DNA of 64,000 nucleotides from Candidatus Bathyarchaeota archaeon (GCA_963772455.1 CAVYXJ010000013.1:32001-96000); one strand, 5' to 3'; positions 1-10,309 are shown, numbered from the stretch's first letter. The notes: generated from the letters alone by a model not told the origin. Numbers and translations are program-made.

Positions 1-1
1 A

Positions 2-91
2 GAATTTAAATCGGAGGCTGCCGAGAGCAGACGTAAAGTTGTTGAGAAACGTTTCCTTTCTGAGGCACTTAAATCGGAGGAACCCAAATGA
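2..91 (+). CDS. 3' end of upstream gene (partial), translationally coupled to hdrA
   Basis: Open frame EFKSEAAESRRKVVEKRFLSEALKSEEPK* ends in an ATGA overlap with the start at 88. Confidence 0.55.
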   Translation, partial: EFKSEAAESRRKVVEKRFLSEALKSEEPK

Positions 92-2553
92 GTAATTCAC
101 ATACCTCATTAAATCAAGCTGACGCTTGTAATTGTACACCTGAACCTTTGCGAGTCGGCGTTTTCGTTTGCCACTGCGGCTTAAACATTGCAGGTACTGT
201 TGATGTTAAGGCTGTAGCTGAATACGCTAAAACCATTCCTGACGTTGTTTTTGTTAAAGAAAACCGTTATACATGTGCGGACCCTGGGCAAGCAGAAATC
301 CGTAAAGCTATCAAAGAACAAAACCTAAATCGAGTAGTTATCGCCGCATGTTCACCCAGAATGCACGAACCCACTTTTCGACGTACTGTTTCCGAAGCTG
401 GTTTGAACCCATTCCTTTATGAAATGGCAAACATTCGAGAATTCGCTTCTTGGTGTCACCAAAGTGATCCTAAAGCAGCCACAGAACGGGCCAAAGACAG
501 CGTACGTATGGCCGTTGCAAAAGTTCGTTTAATGCAATCGCTCCAAACAATCGAAGTTCCAGTCACTAACAAGGCACTTATAATCGGTGGTGGAATCGCA
601 GGTATGAACACAGCCTTAGACCTTGCAGAAATGGGCTATAAAGTCTACATGCTTGAAAACTCTCAAAGCATTGGAGGGCACATGGCAGCATTAGATAAAA
701 CCTTCCCAACCTTAGACTGCAGCATCTGCATTGAAGGACCAAAAATGGTGGATTGCGCACGCCACCCAAACATTACCATCTTTGCCAATTCAGAACTTGT
801 GAAAGTCGATGGTTACATCGGCAACTTCAAAGTGAAAATACGTAAAAATCCAAGGTATGTCATTACAGAAAAATGTACGGGTTGCGGTGAATGCAAGGAA
901 GCTTGCCCAATTGAGTACCCAAACGAATGGGACATGAACCTTGGTACACGCAAAGCAATTTCGGTACCTTTTGACCAGACAGTGCCACTTATTTATTCTA
1001 TCAACAAGGATTACTGTATCGAATGCTTCAAATGTACCGAAGCTTGCGGTGAACGTCAAGCAATTGACTTTAATCAGAAGGCTGAAGAAGTAGAATTTGA
1101 TGTTGGAGCAATTATTGTTTCGACAGGTTTTGACATTTACTTACCCTATGACATGCCGCTGCTTGGCTATGGGAAATACCCAAACGTCATCACAAGCATG
1201 GAGTTTGAACGACTCATATTAGCAGCTGGTCCAACAGGCGGTAAAGTCATCCGCCAATCAGACGGCCAAAAACCGCACAAAATAGTTTTTATCCAATGCG
1301 TCGGGAGCAGAGACAAAAGCAAGTACCCGTACTGTTGCAATTTTGGCTGTATGTACACGCTCAAACATGTAGTTCAGCTTAAAGAGAAGTACAAAGAAGA
1401 CATCGAAGTCTACGTTTTCTACATGGATATTCGAAGCCCAGGCAAAGGCTATGAGGAATTCTATGACCGTGCACGAGAAAGAGGAGTAAACTTTATTCGT
1501 GGAAGAGTAAGCCGCATTGACGAAGATCCAAAAACCCATAATCTTACTGTCCATTCAGAAGACTCACTTCTAGGCTCTCCAATCGAAATCGATGCAGACA
1601 TGGTTGTGCTTGCAACTGCCGCCATACCTAAAAAAGGCTCAGAAGAAATAGCACGAATACTCAACTTATCCCGGGGCTCAGACGGGTTCTTCATGGAGGC
1701 TCACCCTAAATTAAAACCAATGGATGCACCAACTGACGGTGTTTTCTATGCAGGAGCATGCGTTGGTTTAAAAGATATTCCTGCTAGCGTATCCCAAGGT
1801 AGCGGTGCGGCAGCAAGAGCAGCCACAGTTATCAGCAAATCCAAATGGAAAATTGAACCAATAATCTCAACCGTAGATGAAACAAAATGCAGAAACAAAA
1901 CCGCCAAATGCGGCGTCTGTCAAGACAAATGCCCATATGGAGCTATTCGCATTGAACCAGGCAAGCCAGCGCAAATAATTACTGCTAGTTGTCACGGCTG
2001 CGGAACATGCGTTGCAGAATGCCCCCAACGTGCCATTACACAAATGCATTTCACAGAAGCCCAAATAATGGCTCAAATCCGAGCTGCACTTGAGGATAAA
2101 CCAGAAGAAAAAATACTTGCTATTCTCTGCAATTGGTGTAGTTATGCAGGCGCAGACCTTGCAGGCATTAGCCGATGTGATTATCCAGCGAGCGTACGAG
2201 CTATCCGTGTTATGTGCAGCGGTAGGGTTGCTCGTGAATTCGTCCTCGAAGCTTTTAGACTTGGTGCAGGCACTGTTTTGATAGGTGCATGTCACTTACC
2301 CTATGACTGCCATTATATCAGTGGAAACTATAAGATGAAAGCCCGAACTGACGCACTCAAAGGTATGCTTACAAAACTTGGAATGAGCCCAGAACGGTTC
2401 CGAGTGGAATATGTTTCAGCGGCAGAAGGTATACATTACGCTGAGGTAATCAAAGAAATAGATGCTGACATGAAGGCGTTGGGCAAAGAAAAAATTGAAG
2501 CAGAAAATTCGAAGCTTAAACCAGTTTTGGAGAACATGCTAAAGCGAAAATAA
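88..2553 (+). CDS. hdrA: Heterodisulfide reductase subunit A fused to MvhD-like [2Fe-2S] domain
   Basis: VGVFVCHCG N-terminus, GGGIAG FAD motif, DKTFPTLDC, several CxxCxxCxxxCP clusters; C-terminal CNWCSYAGAD/IRVMCSGRV/GACH..DCHY MvhD motifs. Confidence 0.95.
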   Translation: MSNSHTSLNQADACNCTPEPLRVGVFVCHCGLNIAGTVDVKAVAEYAKTIPDVVFVKENRYTCADPGQAEIRKAIKEQNLNRVVIAACSPRMHEPTFRRTVSEAGLNPFLYEMANIREFASWCHQSDPKAATERAKDSVRMAVAKVRLMQSLQTIEVPVTNKALIIGGGIAGMNTALDLAEMGYKVYMLENSQSIGGHMAALDKTFPTLDCSICIEGPKMVDCARHPNITIFANSELVKVDGYIGNFKVKIRKNPRYVITEKCTGCGECKEACPIEYPNEWDMNLGTRKAISVPFDQTVPLIYSINKDYCIECFKCTEACGERQAIDFNQKAEEVEFDVGAIIVSTGFDIYLPYDMPLLGYGKYPNVITSMEFERLILAAGPTGGKVIRQSDGQKPHKIVFIQCVGSRDKSKYPYCCNFGCMYTLKHVVQLKEKYKEDIEVYVFYMDIRSPGKGYEEFYDRARERGVNFIRGRVSRIDEDPKTHNLTVHSEDSLLGSPIEIDADMVVLATAAIPKKGSEEIARILNLSRGSDGFFMEAHPKLKPMDAPTDGVFYAGACVGLKDIPASVSQGSGAAARAATVISKSKWKIEPIISTVDETKCRNKTAKCGVCQDKCPYGAIRIEPGKPAQIITASCHGCGTCVAECPQRAITQMHFTEAQIMAQIRAALEDKPEEKILAILCNWCSYAGADLAGISRCDYPASVRAIRVMCSGRVAREFVLEAFRLGAGTVLIGACHLPYDCHYISGNYKMKARTDALKGMLTKLGMSPERFRVEYVSAAEGIHYAEVIKEIDADMKALGKEKIEAENSKLKPVLENMLKRK

Positions 2554-2660
2554 AATTAACTTTTTATTTTTCCAAACTTTTTTTAATTCGAAAAACTGAA
2601 TGGATTAAAAGATTTTTTTAACACTGCTTGCTTCAAATAAATAATGGAGACCATAATACA

Positions 2661-2834
2661 CTAACGTGTTTTTTTGAACCATGCTATTCCAATGATTGCT
2701 ACGGTTATTGATATCAGGGCTGCAATAGGGTTAATGGTTTCTATTGCTGAGTAAGATGTTATCAATAACGTCATCAAAGCAATGGAGAAAACCAGAATTG
2801 CTGTTGTTCCAATGGCTAAGTTTTTGTGACTCAT
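2661..2834 (-). CDS. Small two-TM membrane protein (57 aa)
   Basis: Manual translation MSHKNLAIGTTAILVFSIALMTLLITSYSAIETINPIAALISITVAIIGIAWFKKTR; two hydrophobic helices, basic tail. Confidence 0.55.
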   Translation of the reverse strand: MSHKNLAIGTTAILVFSIALMTLLITSYSAIETINPIAALISITVAIIGIAWFKKTR

Positions 2835-2973
2835 CCTTTAACAATCCTTTCATGTTATAGTCAAGGGTTGTTTTGATTTAATGCTAAGCTCTGGAACAAT
2901 CTGTTCAGGGATTAGGACAGTGTATTAATGACTAAACTAAAAATAAAAATTATTTATTTTGGTAAAAAAGCGT

Positions 2974-3255
2974 TTAATCTTCTTCTTCGTCAAGTTTTCT
3001 TTCTTTAATTTTTAATGCCTCTTCGTCACCTATAACTTTGAAAGTTTCAGATAGCTCGTGTTTGTGCAGAAATTTCTTAACGATTATGCGGACATATTTT
3101 TTTGCGAGTGCTTCGCCTTCGCCTTTGACAGTTACCGTCTTTGAGTCTGTAGATACGTCTCCACCTGTTTTTTCTTTGAGGAAATCTGCAAGTTTCTCGA
3201 TTAGTTTGCTTTCGTCGCCTTTAAGCTCTGAAGCATCAACTTTCATTTCAACCAT
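2974..3255 (-). CDS. rpl22e: Ribosomal protein eL22 (L22e)-like
   Basis: 93 aa; LADFLKEK and KKYVRIIVKKFLHKHEL resemble eL22 motifs; acidic DEEED tail; GAGGTGA RBS. Confidence 0.7.
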   Translation of the reverse strand: MVEMKVDASELKGDESKLIEKLADFLKEKTGGDVSTDSKTVTVKGEGEALAKKYVRIIVKKFLHKHELSETFKVIGDEEALKIKERKLDEEED

Positions 3256-3349
3256 TTATTGTTCACCTCGATTCTTGTTACGCCAATTAACTGATGATTT
3301 AGCTTACTTTCTCATGGCTACTCTATTGATAAGTTTTCCGCTTGAACTT

Positions 3350-3411
3350 TTGTCAGTTCGCCCGTCGAGTCCATCTCACTGCTTAAGCTCAGACTCTAGT
3401 GCTCATCATCC
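3350..3411 (-). ncRNA. Box C/D guide sRNA; D guide predicted to target 16S C1402-equivalent
   Basis: Minus strand: box C ATGATGA (3409-3403), guide, D' CTGA (3392-3389), degenerate C', guide CGACGGGCG-AA, box D CTGA (3356-3353); guide is complementary to conserved 16S CGCCCGUC. Confidence 0.7.
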
Positions 3412-3681
3412 AAGCATAACTTGAACATCAGAGCTTAAGACTGTTACGCCTGCAAAACCATTTTTTGTAAAATAGACTATTTTTTGCTCAACCAAATCTT
3501 TAGGCATTTTCTAGGTTACAGGTTATTGTTTTTGGTATTATGGTAACATTTAAAAGGGTCTTTAGCATACATCTTTGAACTTCAATGGTTGAATGTACAT
3601 GTGTGAATCGGTAGAACGCCAGTTCAGCAAACATGTGTACGATGGTCGTTGAAAAATCATAATAACAAAGGAGGAAAAGAA

Positions 3682-3807
3682 ATGTTATCACGAGATTGCG
3701 ACGGATGTTCCCAAATGAAACCGTGCAGTAAACGATTCGATATCGCTGAGAAAGGTAATTGTGTTTACTGCCCAGATGGAACAGCTCATTTAATTGACGG
3801 TTCCTAA
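3682..3807 (+). CDS. Small Cys-rich putative metal-binding protein (41 aa)
   Basis: MLSRDCDGCSQMKPCSKRFDIAEKGNCVYCPDGTAHLIDGS; GGAGGA RBS upstream; two CxxC. Confidence 0.55.
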   Translation: MLSRDCDGCSQMKPCSKRFDIAEKGNCVYCPDGTAHLIDGS

Positions 3808-4146
3808 GAAACAATGAAAAGTTGTTAATTTTAGGCAAATTGTTTTTTCCTATTTTCTTTTTATTTTTTTTATTTGGTTATGCCATTTTAATAATTGAGG
3901 CTTTCTAAATCTTCTTAATTTCGAAGGATTTCCGCGAAATTAGCTTCTTTTTCAGGTATTATGCCCTTTTTTGAAACTTTCAACAGTCTCTTGTAGCCTT
4001 TGGTTTGGTGTTTTCTGTTCTCGAAAAATACACTATGAGGTATTCAAGGTTCAAATTAGCTCTGTTTCTGTTAATAGTATCTTACTCTGTAGATTATGTG
4101 GTAAGTTTAAAAGTTCAAGAAAGCAGTATTCTTGAGAGCCAAAAAC

Positions 4147-5919
4147 ATGGATTACGTTATAATCGCTGACTCTTACGAGAAAATAGAAGCAACCACCAAA
4201 CGCTTAGAAATGACTGATTTGCTTGTTGAATTACTTAAGAAAACACCCAAAGATGTCATCGCTAAAGTTGTTTATTTAACTCAGGGCAAATTGTACCCTG
4301 ACTTTATGGGAATAGAAATGGGCGTGGCGGAGAAACTTGCCGTAAAAGCTCTATCCCGTGCGTCGGGGCAAAGTGAAAGTTTAATTCAAGCTGAGTTACA
4401 GACAAGCGGCGACATCGGTCAAACCTCAGAAAAACAATTAACCAAACGCAAACAATCAACTTTCTTTACAAAAAAACTCACTGTAGAAAGGGTTTATGAA
4501 ACCCTTGACAAACTTGCCACAACCTCTGGCAGCGGAGCGGTAGACACAAAAATGGCACTTCTATGCGGGCTCTTAACTGATGCCTCACCTAAAGAAGCAA
4601 AATGGATCATCCGCACGGTAACAGGCAACTTACGTTTGGGCATAGCTGACATGTCGGTGTTAGATGCTTTGGCGATTGCTTACGGCGGCGGAAAAGAAGC
4701 TCGCGAACTCATCGAACGCGCCTATAACATCTCCTCAGATTTAGGTAGAGTCGCAAATATAGTTGTTGAAAAAGGGGTAGAAGGTATAAAAGAGTTTCAA
4801 GTTATGGTTTTTGAACCAATCCGCCCCATGCTTGCCGAGAGGCTTGGAGCACCCGAGGAAATCTTGGAGAAATTCAGCGGCAAATGCGTTGCTGAGTATA
4901 AGTACGATGGCGAACGAATTCAAGCACACAAGAAAGATGGCAAAGTGGTGTTGTACTCCAGACGTTTAGAGAATATTTCTGAACAATACCCAGATGCTGT
5001 TGATTTAATCAAGGAAAAAATAACGGCAAATGAAGCAATTTTAGAAGCCGAATGTGTTGCGATGGATTTGGAAACAGGTGATATGCGCCCCTTCCAGGAA
5101 CTTATGCACCGCCGACGCAAATATGGCGTGGAAGCAGCCATCAAAGATTATCCGATTTCGCTTTTTGCATTCGACGCGCTGTATGTTGACGGTAAAGACT
5201 TAACCCTTGATTCATTCCCCCATAGGCGTAAAGCGTTGGAAAAAATCATTAAGCAAAACGATCGCATGAAGCCCGCCACCCAGAAACTAGTCGGAAGTCC
5301 TAAAGAACTGGAGGATTTCTTCGAACAAGCCATCGCGGATGGTTGTGAAGGTTTAATGTGCAAATCCGTTGCCAAAGACTCAGTTTACCAGGCGGGAAGT
5401 CGCGGTTGGCTCTGGATAAAACTGAAACGCGACTACCGAAGCGAAATGACTGACACTGTGGATCTAGTTGTCGTTGGGGCATTTCACGGTAGAGGCAAGC
5501 GAGTTGGAGCATACGGTGCTCTGCTTTTAGCCACTTATAACGATGAAAACGACACTTTCGAAACCGTTACTAAATGTGGTACTGGCTTTACCGACAAAGA
5601 CCTATCTACGCTTCATGAAATGCTTCAGAAACATTTGGTTCCACGGAAGAACAGTCGTGTTCAATCTATGTTGGAAGCAGATGTGTGGTTTGAGCCAGCT
5701 GTGGTCCTGGATGTTTTAGGTGCCGAAGTTACCTTGAGCCCTATTCACCTGTGCGCTATGAACTCAATTCGTAAGGGTGCAGGCTTAGCTATCCGTTTCC
5801 CTCGTTTCACGGGCAAATATCGAATTGACAAGGCAGCCGAAGACGCAACAACCTCTAAAGAAATCGTGGAAATATATAGTGCGCAATTGAAAAAAATCGG
5901 TGATTCGCCAAAAAGCTAA
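4147..5919 (+). CDS. lig: ATP-dependent DNA ligase
   Basis: EYKYDGER adenylation motif, EGLMCK, WIKLKRDY, RFPRF. Confidence 0.97.
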   Translation: MDYVIIADSYEKIEATTKRLEMTDLLVELLKKTPKDVIAKVVYLTQGKLYPDFMGIEMGVAEKLAVKALSRASGQSESLIQAELQTSGDIGQTSEKQLTKRKQSTFFTKKLTVERVYETLDKLATTSGSGAVDTKMALLCGLLTDASPKEAKWIIRTVTGNLRLGIADMSVLDALAIAYGGGKEARELIERAYNISSDLGRVANIVVEKGVEGIKEFQVMVFEPIRPMLAERLGAPEEILEKFSGKCVAEYKYDGERIQAHKKDGKVVLYSRRLENISEQYPDAVDLIKEKITANEAILEAECVAMDLETGDMRPFQELMHRRRKYGVEAAIKDYPISLFAFDALYVDGKDLTLDSFPHRRKALEKIIKQNDRMKPATQKLVGSPKELEDFFEQAIADGCEGLMCKSVAKDSVYQAGSRGWLWIKLKRDYRSEMTDTVDLVVVGAFHGRGKRVGAYGALLLATYNDENDTFETVTKCGTGFTDKDLSTLHEMLQKHLVPRKNSRVQSMLEADVWFEPAVVLDVLGAEVTLSPIHLCAMNSIRKGAGLAIRFPRFTGKYRIDKAAEDATTSKEIVEIYSAQLKKIGDSPKS

Positions 5920-5966
5920 AACTGATAAGTACCTATTGCGCCTAAATAGCTGGGAGTGCGTTTGGT

Positions 5967-6584
5967 TTGTCTCAAGATTCAGAAAAATTGAAATCAATTA
6001 TTGCTCTTAAAAAAAGGCTTGAAGAGCAGTTAGAGAAATTAGAGGTTGAAACCAAAGAGGTTCAAGATACTCTTGATACAGTTAATCAGATTCTCCTTGA
6101 AAAAGGCTTCAAACGCGGAGATATAAAAGAAGTTGTTTCCCAATCGTCTATACCTAAAGAAGTTGTTCTGCCAAAGCTTGAACCAGAAGGGCCAAAAAAT
6201 GAACCAGTCAACCAACATTCGGAACCAGAAAGCGTTATACCTTTAAAAACTATGAATGACGAACCCTTGGCGCTCATGTACTTTGAAAAACAATCTATCC
6301 ACGTACTGCCTGACGAATCCAAAAAATTCAGCGTTAATACGCCTCCATTCATTAATTTTCTGGTCGAGAAAGTTTTCGCTAAAATGCAGGAAAAAGATAA
6401 AGAACTTGTCAGGTTAGGGCAATTATCAACTGATAAAATGTTTTCTTATAATATAGTTCGTGAAGGCGACTTAATTCGAGAAATAATAATTAAAAATGCT
6501 GACGATGAGCGTTTAAAAGAGCTTAAATCAAGTATCCGTTGGACTTTTGAGAAAATGTATGAAAAAATAAAGAGTGGCATCTAA
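5967..6584 (+). CDS. Hypothetical protein with N-terminal coiled coil
   Basis: 205-aa ORF directly after lig. Confidence 0.75.
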   Translation: MSQDSEKLKSIIALKKRLEEQLEKLEVETKEVQDTLDTVNQILLEKGFKRGDIKEVVSQSSIPKEVVLPKLEPEGPKNEPVNQHSEPESVIPLKTMNDEPLALMYFEKQSIHVLPDESKKFSVNTPPFINFLVEKVFAKMQEKDKELVRLGQLSTDKMFSYNIVREGDLIREIIIKNADDERLKELKSSIRWTFEKMYEKIKSGI

Positions 6585-6586
6585 AA

Positions 6587-6913
6587 CTACATTAAATGTT
6601 TCTGTAGTGTATCGCCAATTTTATTCTTGGGGCATAAACCAACTAGTCTTTCTGCTTCTTTTCCGTCTTTGAAAACTATCATTGTGGGTATGCTGAAAAC
6701 TTGGAATTTTTCTGCTGTGGCAGGATTTTCGTCAACGTCAAGTTTGCCGATTAAAGCTTTGCCACTATACTCTTTTGCGAGTTCCACGATGGTTGGAGCT
6801 AAAGCTCGACATGGTCCACACCAGTTAGCCCAGAAATCAACAAAAAACAATTTGTTTTTTTTGAGTGTTTCTTCAAAATTTGAGTCGGTTACATGAAAAG
6901 GTTCAGTGCTCAT
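6587..6913 (-). CDS. trxA: Thioredoxin
   Basis: WCGPC active site, SIPT cis-Pro. Confidence 0.96.
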   Translation of the reverse strand: MSTEPFHVTDSNFEETLKKNKLFFVDFWANWCGPCRALAPTIVELAKEYSGKALIGKLDVDENPATAEKFQVFSIPTMIVFKDGKEAERLVGLCPKNKIGDTLQKHLM

Positions 6914-6983
6914 TTTAACTTACTCCATTAATAACTAATAGAAACTAGTAAATTGTTTGATATAAACCGTTCGTGACTTAAAA

Positions 6984-7433
6984 TCATCTGCAGGACTTCA
7001 TTTTTTCAAGTAAAGCTTTGAATGTATCATACGATTCATTAGGGTTGGAAATGTCAGCTGCGACTTTTTCGAAGGGGCAAACATTTGCTTTATCAAAGTC
7101 AAGAACGTTGTCGATGATTTCTTTCCACGAAAACATTATTTTGTTTTCTTCAAAAATTATCTGAGCTTTTTTGCTTAAAACTTCTGCGTAAACTTGATTT
7201 ATTCCAGCGTAAACACACAACAAAGCTATTGCTTTTCCAGCTACTCGATCAGCCACTGAGGCACCTCTTAGTTGGATTCCAAATTTTTCTATTGCTCCGA
7301 TGAAACCGGAAATTCTGTGAGAATCAGTCTGGAAAATAATTATGCCATTCTTAACTATAGCAAGTGTTAGATTTTTGTTATACAGTTGGTTTTTAGCTAT
7401 TTCAACGTCCTGCATGATTCTCAACCAATTCAA
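6984..7433 (-). CDS. DUF1893-like protein
   Basis: ADRVAGKAIA and CPFE motifs. Confidence 0.75.
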   Translation of the reverse strand: MNWLRIMQDVEIAKNQLYNKNLTLAIVKNGIIIFQTDSHRISGFIGAIEKFGIQLRGASVADRVAGKAIALLCVYAGINQVYAEVLSKKAQIIFEENKIMFSWKEIIDNVLDFDKANVCPFEKVAADISNPNESYDTFKALLEKMKSCR

Positions 7434-7544
7434 CTCGTGGCAGCTAAAAACACTATTGGTATTAAGTTAAAATGTACAAACCTTTTTTCTGCGAATCGAG
7501 GATTTTTTCACGTTTCAGTTTAAAGACACTTGTCTGGCTGTTTA

Positions 7545-7841
7545 TCAGCTTCTAAATATTCTTGATCCATTAAATATAGAATTTTCATCGTTTAAACCAA
7601 AATAGTCACATAACATTTGTCCTTTTTTTGTGATAGAATATTCTACCTTTGGACCAATTGTTTCTTCATTTATTAAATCTAATTCAATTAGAAAATTGAA
7701 GAAATCTTTTGAAGGAGGTGAGCTAAGTCCTGCTTTGCGCATTATTTGTTGTTGACCCAATGAATCCCCCCGGTCTAAAACCTTGATTATTTTAAGGTAC
7801 ATTTCCATTTTAGATTGTCCCAAGGTATGTGCGCCTTTCAT
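7545..7841 (-). CDS. Winged-helix transcriptional regulator
   Basis: IMRKAGL...FLIELDLI...YSITKKG archaeal wHTH pattern. Confidence 0.75.
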   Translation of the reverse strand: MKGAHTLGQSKMEMYLKIIKVLDRGDSLGQQQIMRKAGLSSPPSKDFFNFLIELDLINEETIGPKVEYSITKKGQMLCDYFGLNDENSIFNGSRIFRS

Positions 7842-8121
7842 TAAAAAAACTGAATGTTTTAACTATTAAGGCTTTCGACTTAAGACAGTTATCACGAGAG
7901 ACGAAAGAAGTTACGTTCTAAAAATTATGAATGTCGATAAGGCTCAAAAGTTGCTTTTTCAAATTTTGATTTAGTAACCCTATAAGTAAAGAATCTTTGT
8001 TTGGGGCGTTTTCATTCTTATGTTGCTTTCTTATTCGTGGCTTTGTCCATCTTAGAGTTTGAAGTTTAAAGAATTATTAAATTCAATCTGAATCGGCAAA
8101 AATTGCAATCAATTGACAAAG

Positions 8122-8469
8122 TCATTTTTTTCCAAGAGATTGTGGATCAATCTGTCTGCGTGTTCCATCTTTATCTATTACATACATGTGAAAGTCATAT
8201 TCATCACAGTAGTTTTTGATTTCAAGATACTTTTCTTTGTTGCCATCGAACATTTCAGGAGTAACCACTTCACAGATGCGCGTTAAACAACCTTTCTTTT
8301 CTGCTTGAACATCTGGAAGATACCCTTTGCCTATGATTGAGGGTTTATCGTAACCTTGTAAATCTGCCTTTACTGTCCAGTTGTCCCGTTTCAATTCTTC
8401 AGCTACAGCCATAACACAAGCGTCATGATTATCTTGATTTTTACTTTTTTTCTCCGACATAGTCATCAC
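8122..8469 (-). CDS. Hypothetical protein (possible PD-(D/E)XK-like fold)
   Basis: 115-aa ORF; PDVQAEK...ICEV pattern. Confidence 0.6.
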   Translation of the reverse strand: MMTMSEKKSKNQDNHDACVMAVAEELKRDNWTVKADLQGYDKPSIIGKGYLPDVQAEKKGCLTRICEVVTPEMFDGNKEKYLEIKNYCDEYDFHMYVIDKDGTRRQIDPQSLGKK

Positions 8470-8493
8470 TTATTCAAAATTACTTGGGCTAAC

Positions 8494-8805
8494 TTATTGT
8501 TTTTTCCAAGGTCTAATAACGCGGTCATTATCCCAATATGCGCAACACATGCGAACGGTGACGTACATTTCTATTTTCTTATTGTAGCACATTCTCTTGC
8601 TTGAAGCGTCGGCTTTCGAGCCACCTGGTAGTGTAATTAAGTCAGAATTCTCGGCTCGATTCATTTCTTCATTGTTTTTTGGGTTAACTCCACCTTCGTT
8701 ATTCAATTCTTGTGAGACTACAGGTTCATTGTTGTTGGCAATAAATTTGCAGTTAAAACAATTGGTTCCAAGAATTTTTTCTTTAGATAAGCTATTTTTA
8801 CTCAT
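8494..8805 (-). CDS. Hypothetical Cys-containing protein
   Basis: Start moved to MSKNSL (8805) because the longer ORF crosses a tRNA; CFNCKF...C...CCAYW. Confidence 0.6.
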   Translation of the reverse strand: MSKNSLSKEKILGTNCFNCKFIANNNEPVVSQELNNEGGVNPKNNEEMNRAENSDLITLPGGSKADASSKRMCYNKKIEMYVTVRMCCAYWDNDRVIRPWKKQ

Positions 8806-8879
8806 AAAAACACCTAATATTTGAAATATTTTTCTCTTAGTAAAACGTTTTGTAAGACTTCTTCTTTGGAATATTGAAA

Positions 8880-8957
8880 TGGTGGGCCGAGCCGGATTTG
8901 AACTGGCGACCTTTCGATTATCAGTCGAACGCTCAAGCCAAGCTGAGCTACCGGCCC
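8880..8957 (-). tRNA. tRNA-Ile(GAT)
   Basis: Cloverleaf GGGCCGG...TTCGA-CTGATAA-TCGAA...GTTCAAATC...CGGCCC-ACCA. Confidence 0.96.
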
Positions 8958-9054
8958 ACATTTTTTGAAGCGACACAAGTTTAATATTATGTGGGTTTAT
9001 AAGAATTGTCATAAATCTTTTAATGCTACACCATTACTTTGGTTGTCAGAACAA

Positions 9055-9130
9055 GGGCTCGTAGCCTAGCACGGATTAAGGTGTCAGCCTTCGGAGCTGG
9101 AGATCGTGGGTTCAAATCCCACCGGGCCCG
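9055..9130 (+). tRNA. tRNA-Arg(TCG)
   Basis: GGGCTCG...TCAGC-CTTCGGA-GCTGG...GGTTCAAATCC...CGGGCCCG. Confidence 0.95.
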
Positions 9131-9338
9131 TTTATTTTAATTTTAGCTTTTTTCAATTTGTGTTTATATATTTTTAAACAATAATTGTTTTTTTTATTTG
9201 AAATTTTTGGTTTATTGTTCAAAATATTACTTTTTAAGATTAAAAAGAGTTTTTTAGCGAAGGAATATTGTTGTCATAACAAATCTTAAATCTATCTAAC
9301 TGTCCATAGAAAGAAACAGAAACAAGGAGAGCGGTAGT

Positions 9339-10289
9339 ATGGTAGATATACTCTTAGTCTTGGCAATAATTATTCCCTTAATAGTTGTATTATATGCCTT
9401 AATTTCATCTCTTCGAATCGTTAGACCTACAGAGAAAGGTTTGGTTGAGCGATTTGGCAAATACCACCGTTTTGTTGAGGGGGGCATAACTTTGCTGGTT
9501 CCTTTCGTTGACCGAATAATTAAAGTAAACGTAACTGAACGCATGACTCCAGTCCAACGTCAGGACGTAATTACTAAAGACAAGGTATTCATGGGTGTCG
9601 ATGCAGTGGTTTTCTACAGAATCAAACAAGATGAACCGTCGGTTAAAGCATCACAATATGCAGTTGCTAGTTTTGCGGCTCAAATTGACACCTTAGCTCG
9701 TACAGTGTTGAGAGATATAATCGGTGGCATGGATATGGCAATAGCTAATACATCCCGACCTATCATTAATGCTAGCCTCAAAAACGCATTAGATGAACAA
9801 ACCGAAAAATGGGGCATCGAAATTGTACGCGCAGAAATCAAAGATCTTGAGCCGCCACGAGAACTCATCGTGTCTATGGAGTCAGTTCTAAAAGCAGATA
9901 ACGAAAGACAAGCAGCGGAGAAAACCGCCATCGCCCAGGCTACCTTAGCGAGCGGACAGAAAAACGCGGCAATTCAGGTTGCTGAAGGACAGAAGCAAGC
10001 GGCTATTCTTTCATCTGAAGGCCAGAAAATTGCAACAATTCAAATTGCGGAAGGAGATGCACAAGCAACCAAATTAAGAAATGAGGCTTTAACAACGTAC
10101 TTCAAAGACAGCGCAATCACTTTCAAGCAATTGGAAACTATCACAACATCTTTGCAAAATAACACCAAAATAATTGTTCCTGAAGGAAAAGCAATTTCAC
10201 TTATACTCAATGAGCAAGAGAATCTTTCAAAAGCAACTATCCTTCCTATACCGCCACCACCTGGGCAAAAAACAAGTAGACAGATGTAG
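9339..10289 (+). CDS. SPFH/band 7 (stomatin-like) membrane protein
   Basis: N-terminal TM, GLVERFGKY, QDVITKD, WGIEI, AEG repeats. Confidence 0.93.
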   Translation: MVDILLVLAIIIPLIVVLYALISSLRIVRPTEKGLVERFGKYHRFVEGGITLLVPFVDRIIKVNVTERMTPVQRQDVITKDKVFMGVDAVVFYRIKQDEPSVKASQYAVASFAAQIDTLARTVLRDIIGGMDMAIANTSRPIINASLKNALDEQTEKWGIEIVRAEIKDLEPPRELIVSMESVLKADNERQAAEKTAIAQATLASGQKNAAIQVAEGQKQAAILSSEGQKIATIQIAEGDAQATKLRNEALTTYFKDSAITFKQLETITTSLQNNTKIIVPEGKAISLILNEQENLSKATILPIPPPPGQKTSRQM

Positions 10290-10309
10290 AAAAAAATTGA
10301 CTTTGGCTC

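Noticed and set aside
88-2553. HdrA-MvhD fusion as a novelty
   Set aside because: This fusion is already well known in anaerobic archaea and bacteria.
3038-3424. 128-aa plus-strand ORF and the many other short antisense ORFs
   Set aside because: Shadow frames of well-supported genes or of the sRNA, with no recognisable motifs.
8806-9012. N-terminal extension of ORF 8494-9012
   Set aside because: It overlaps tRNA-Ile on the same strand; the real start is likely 8805.
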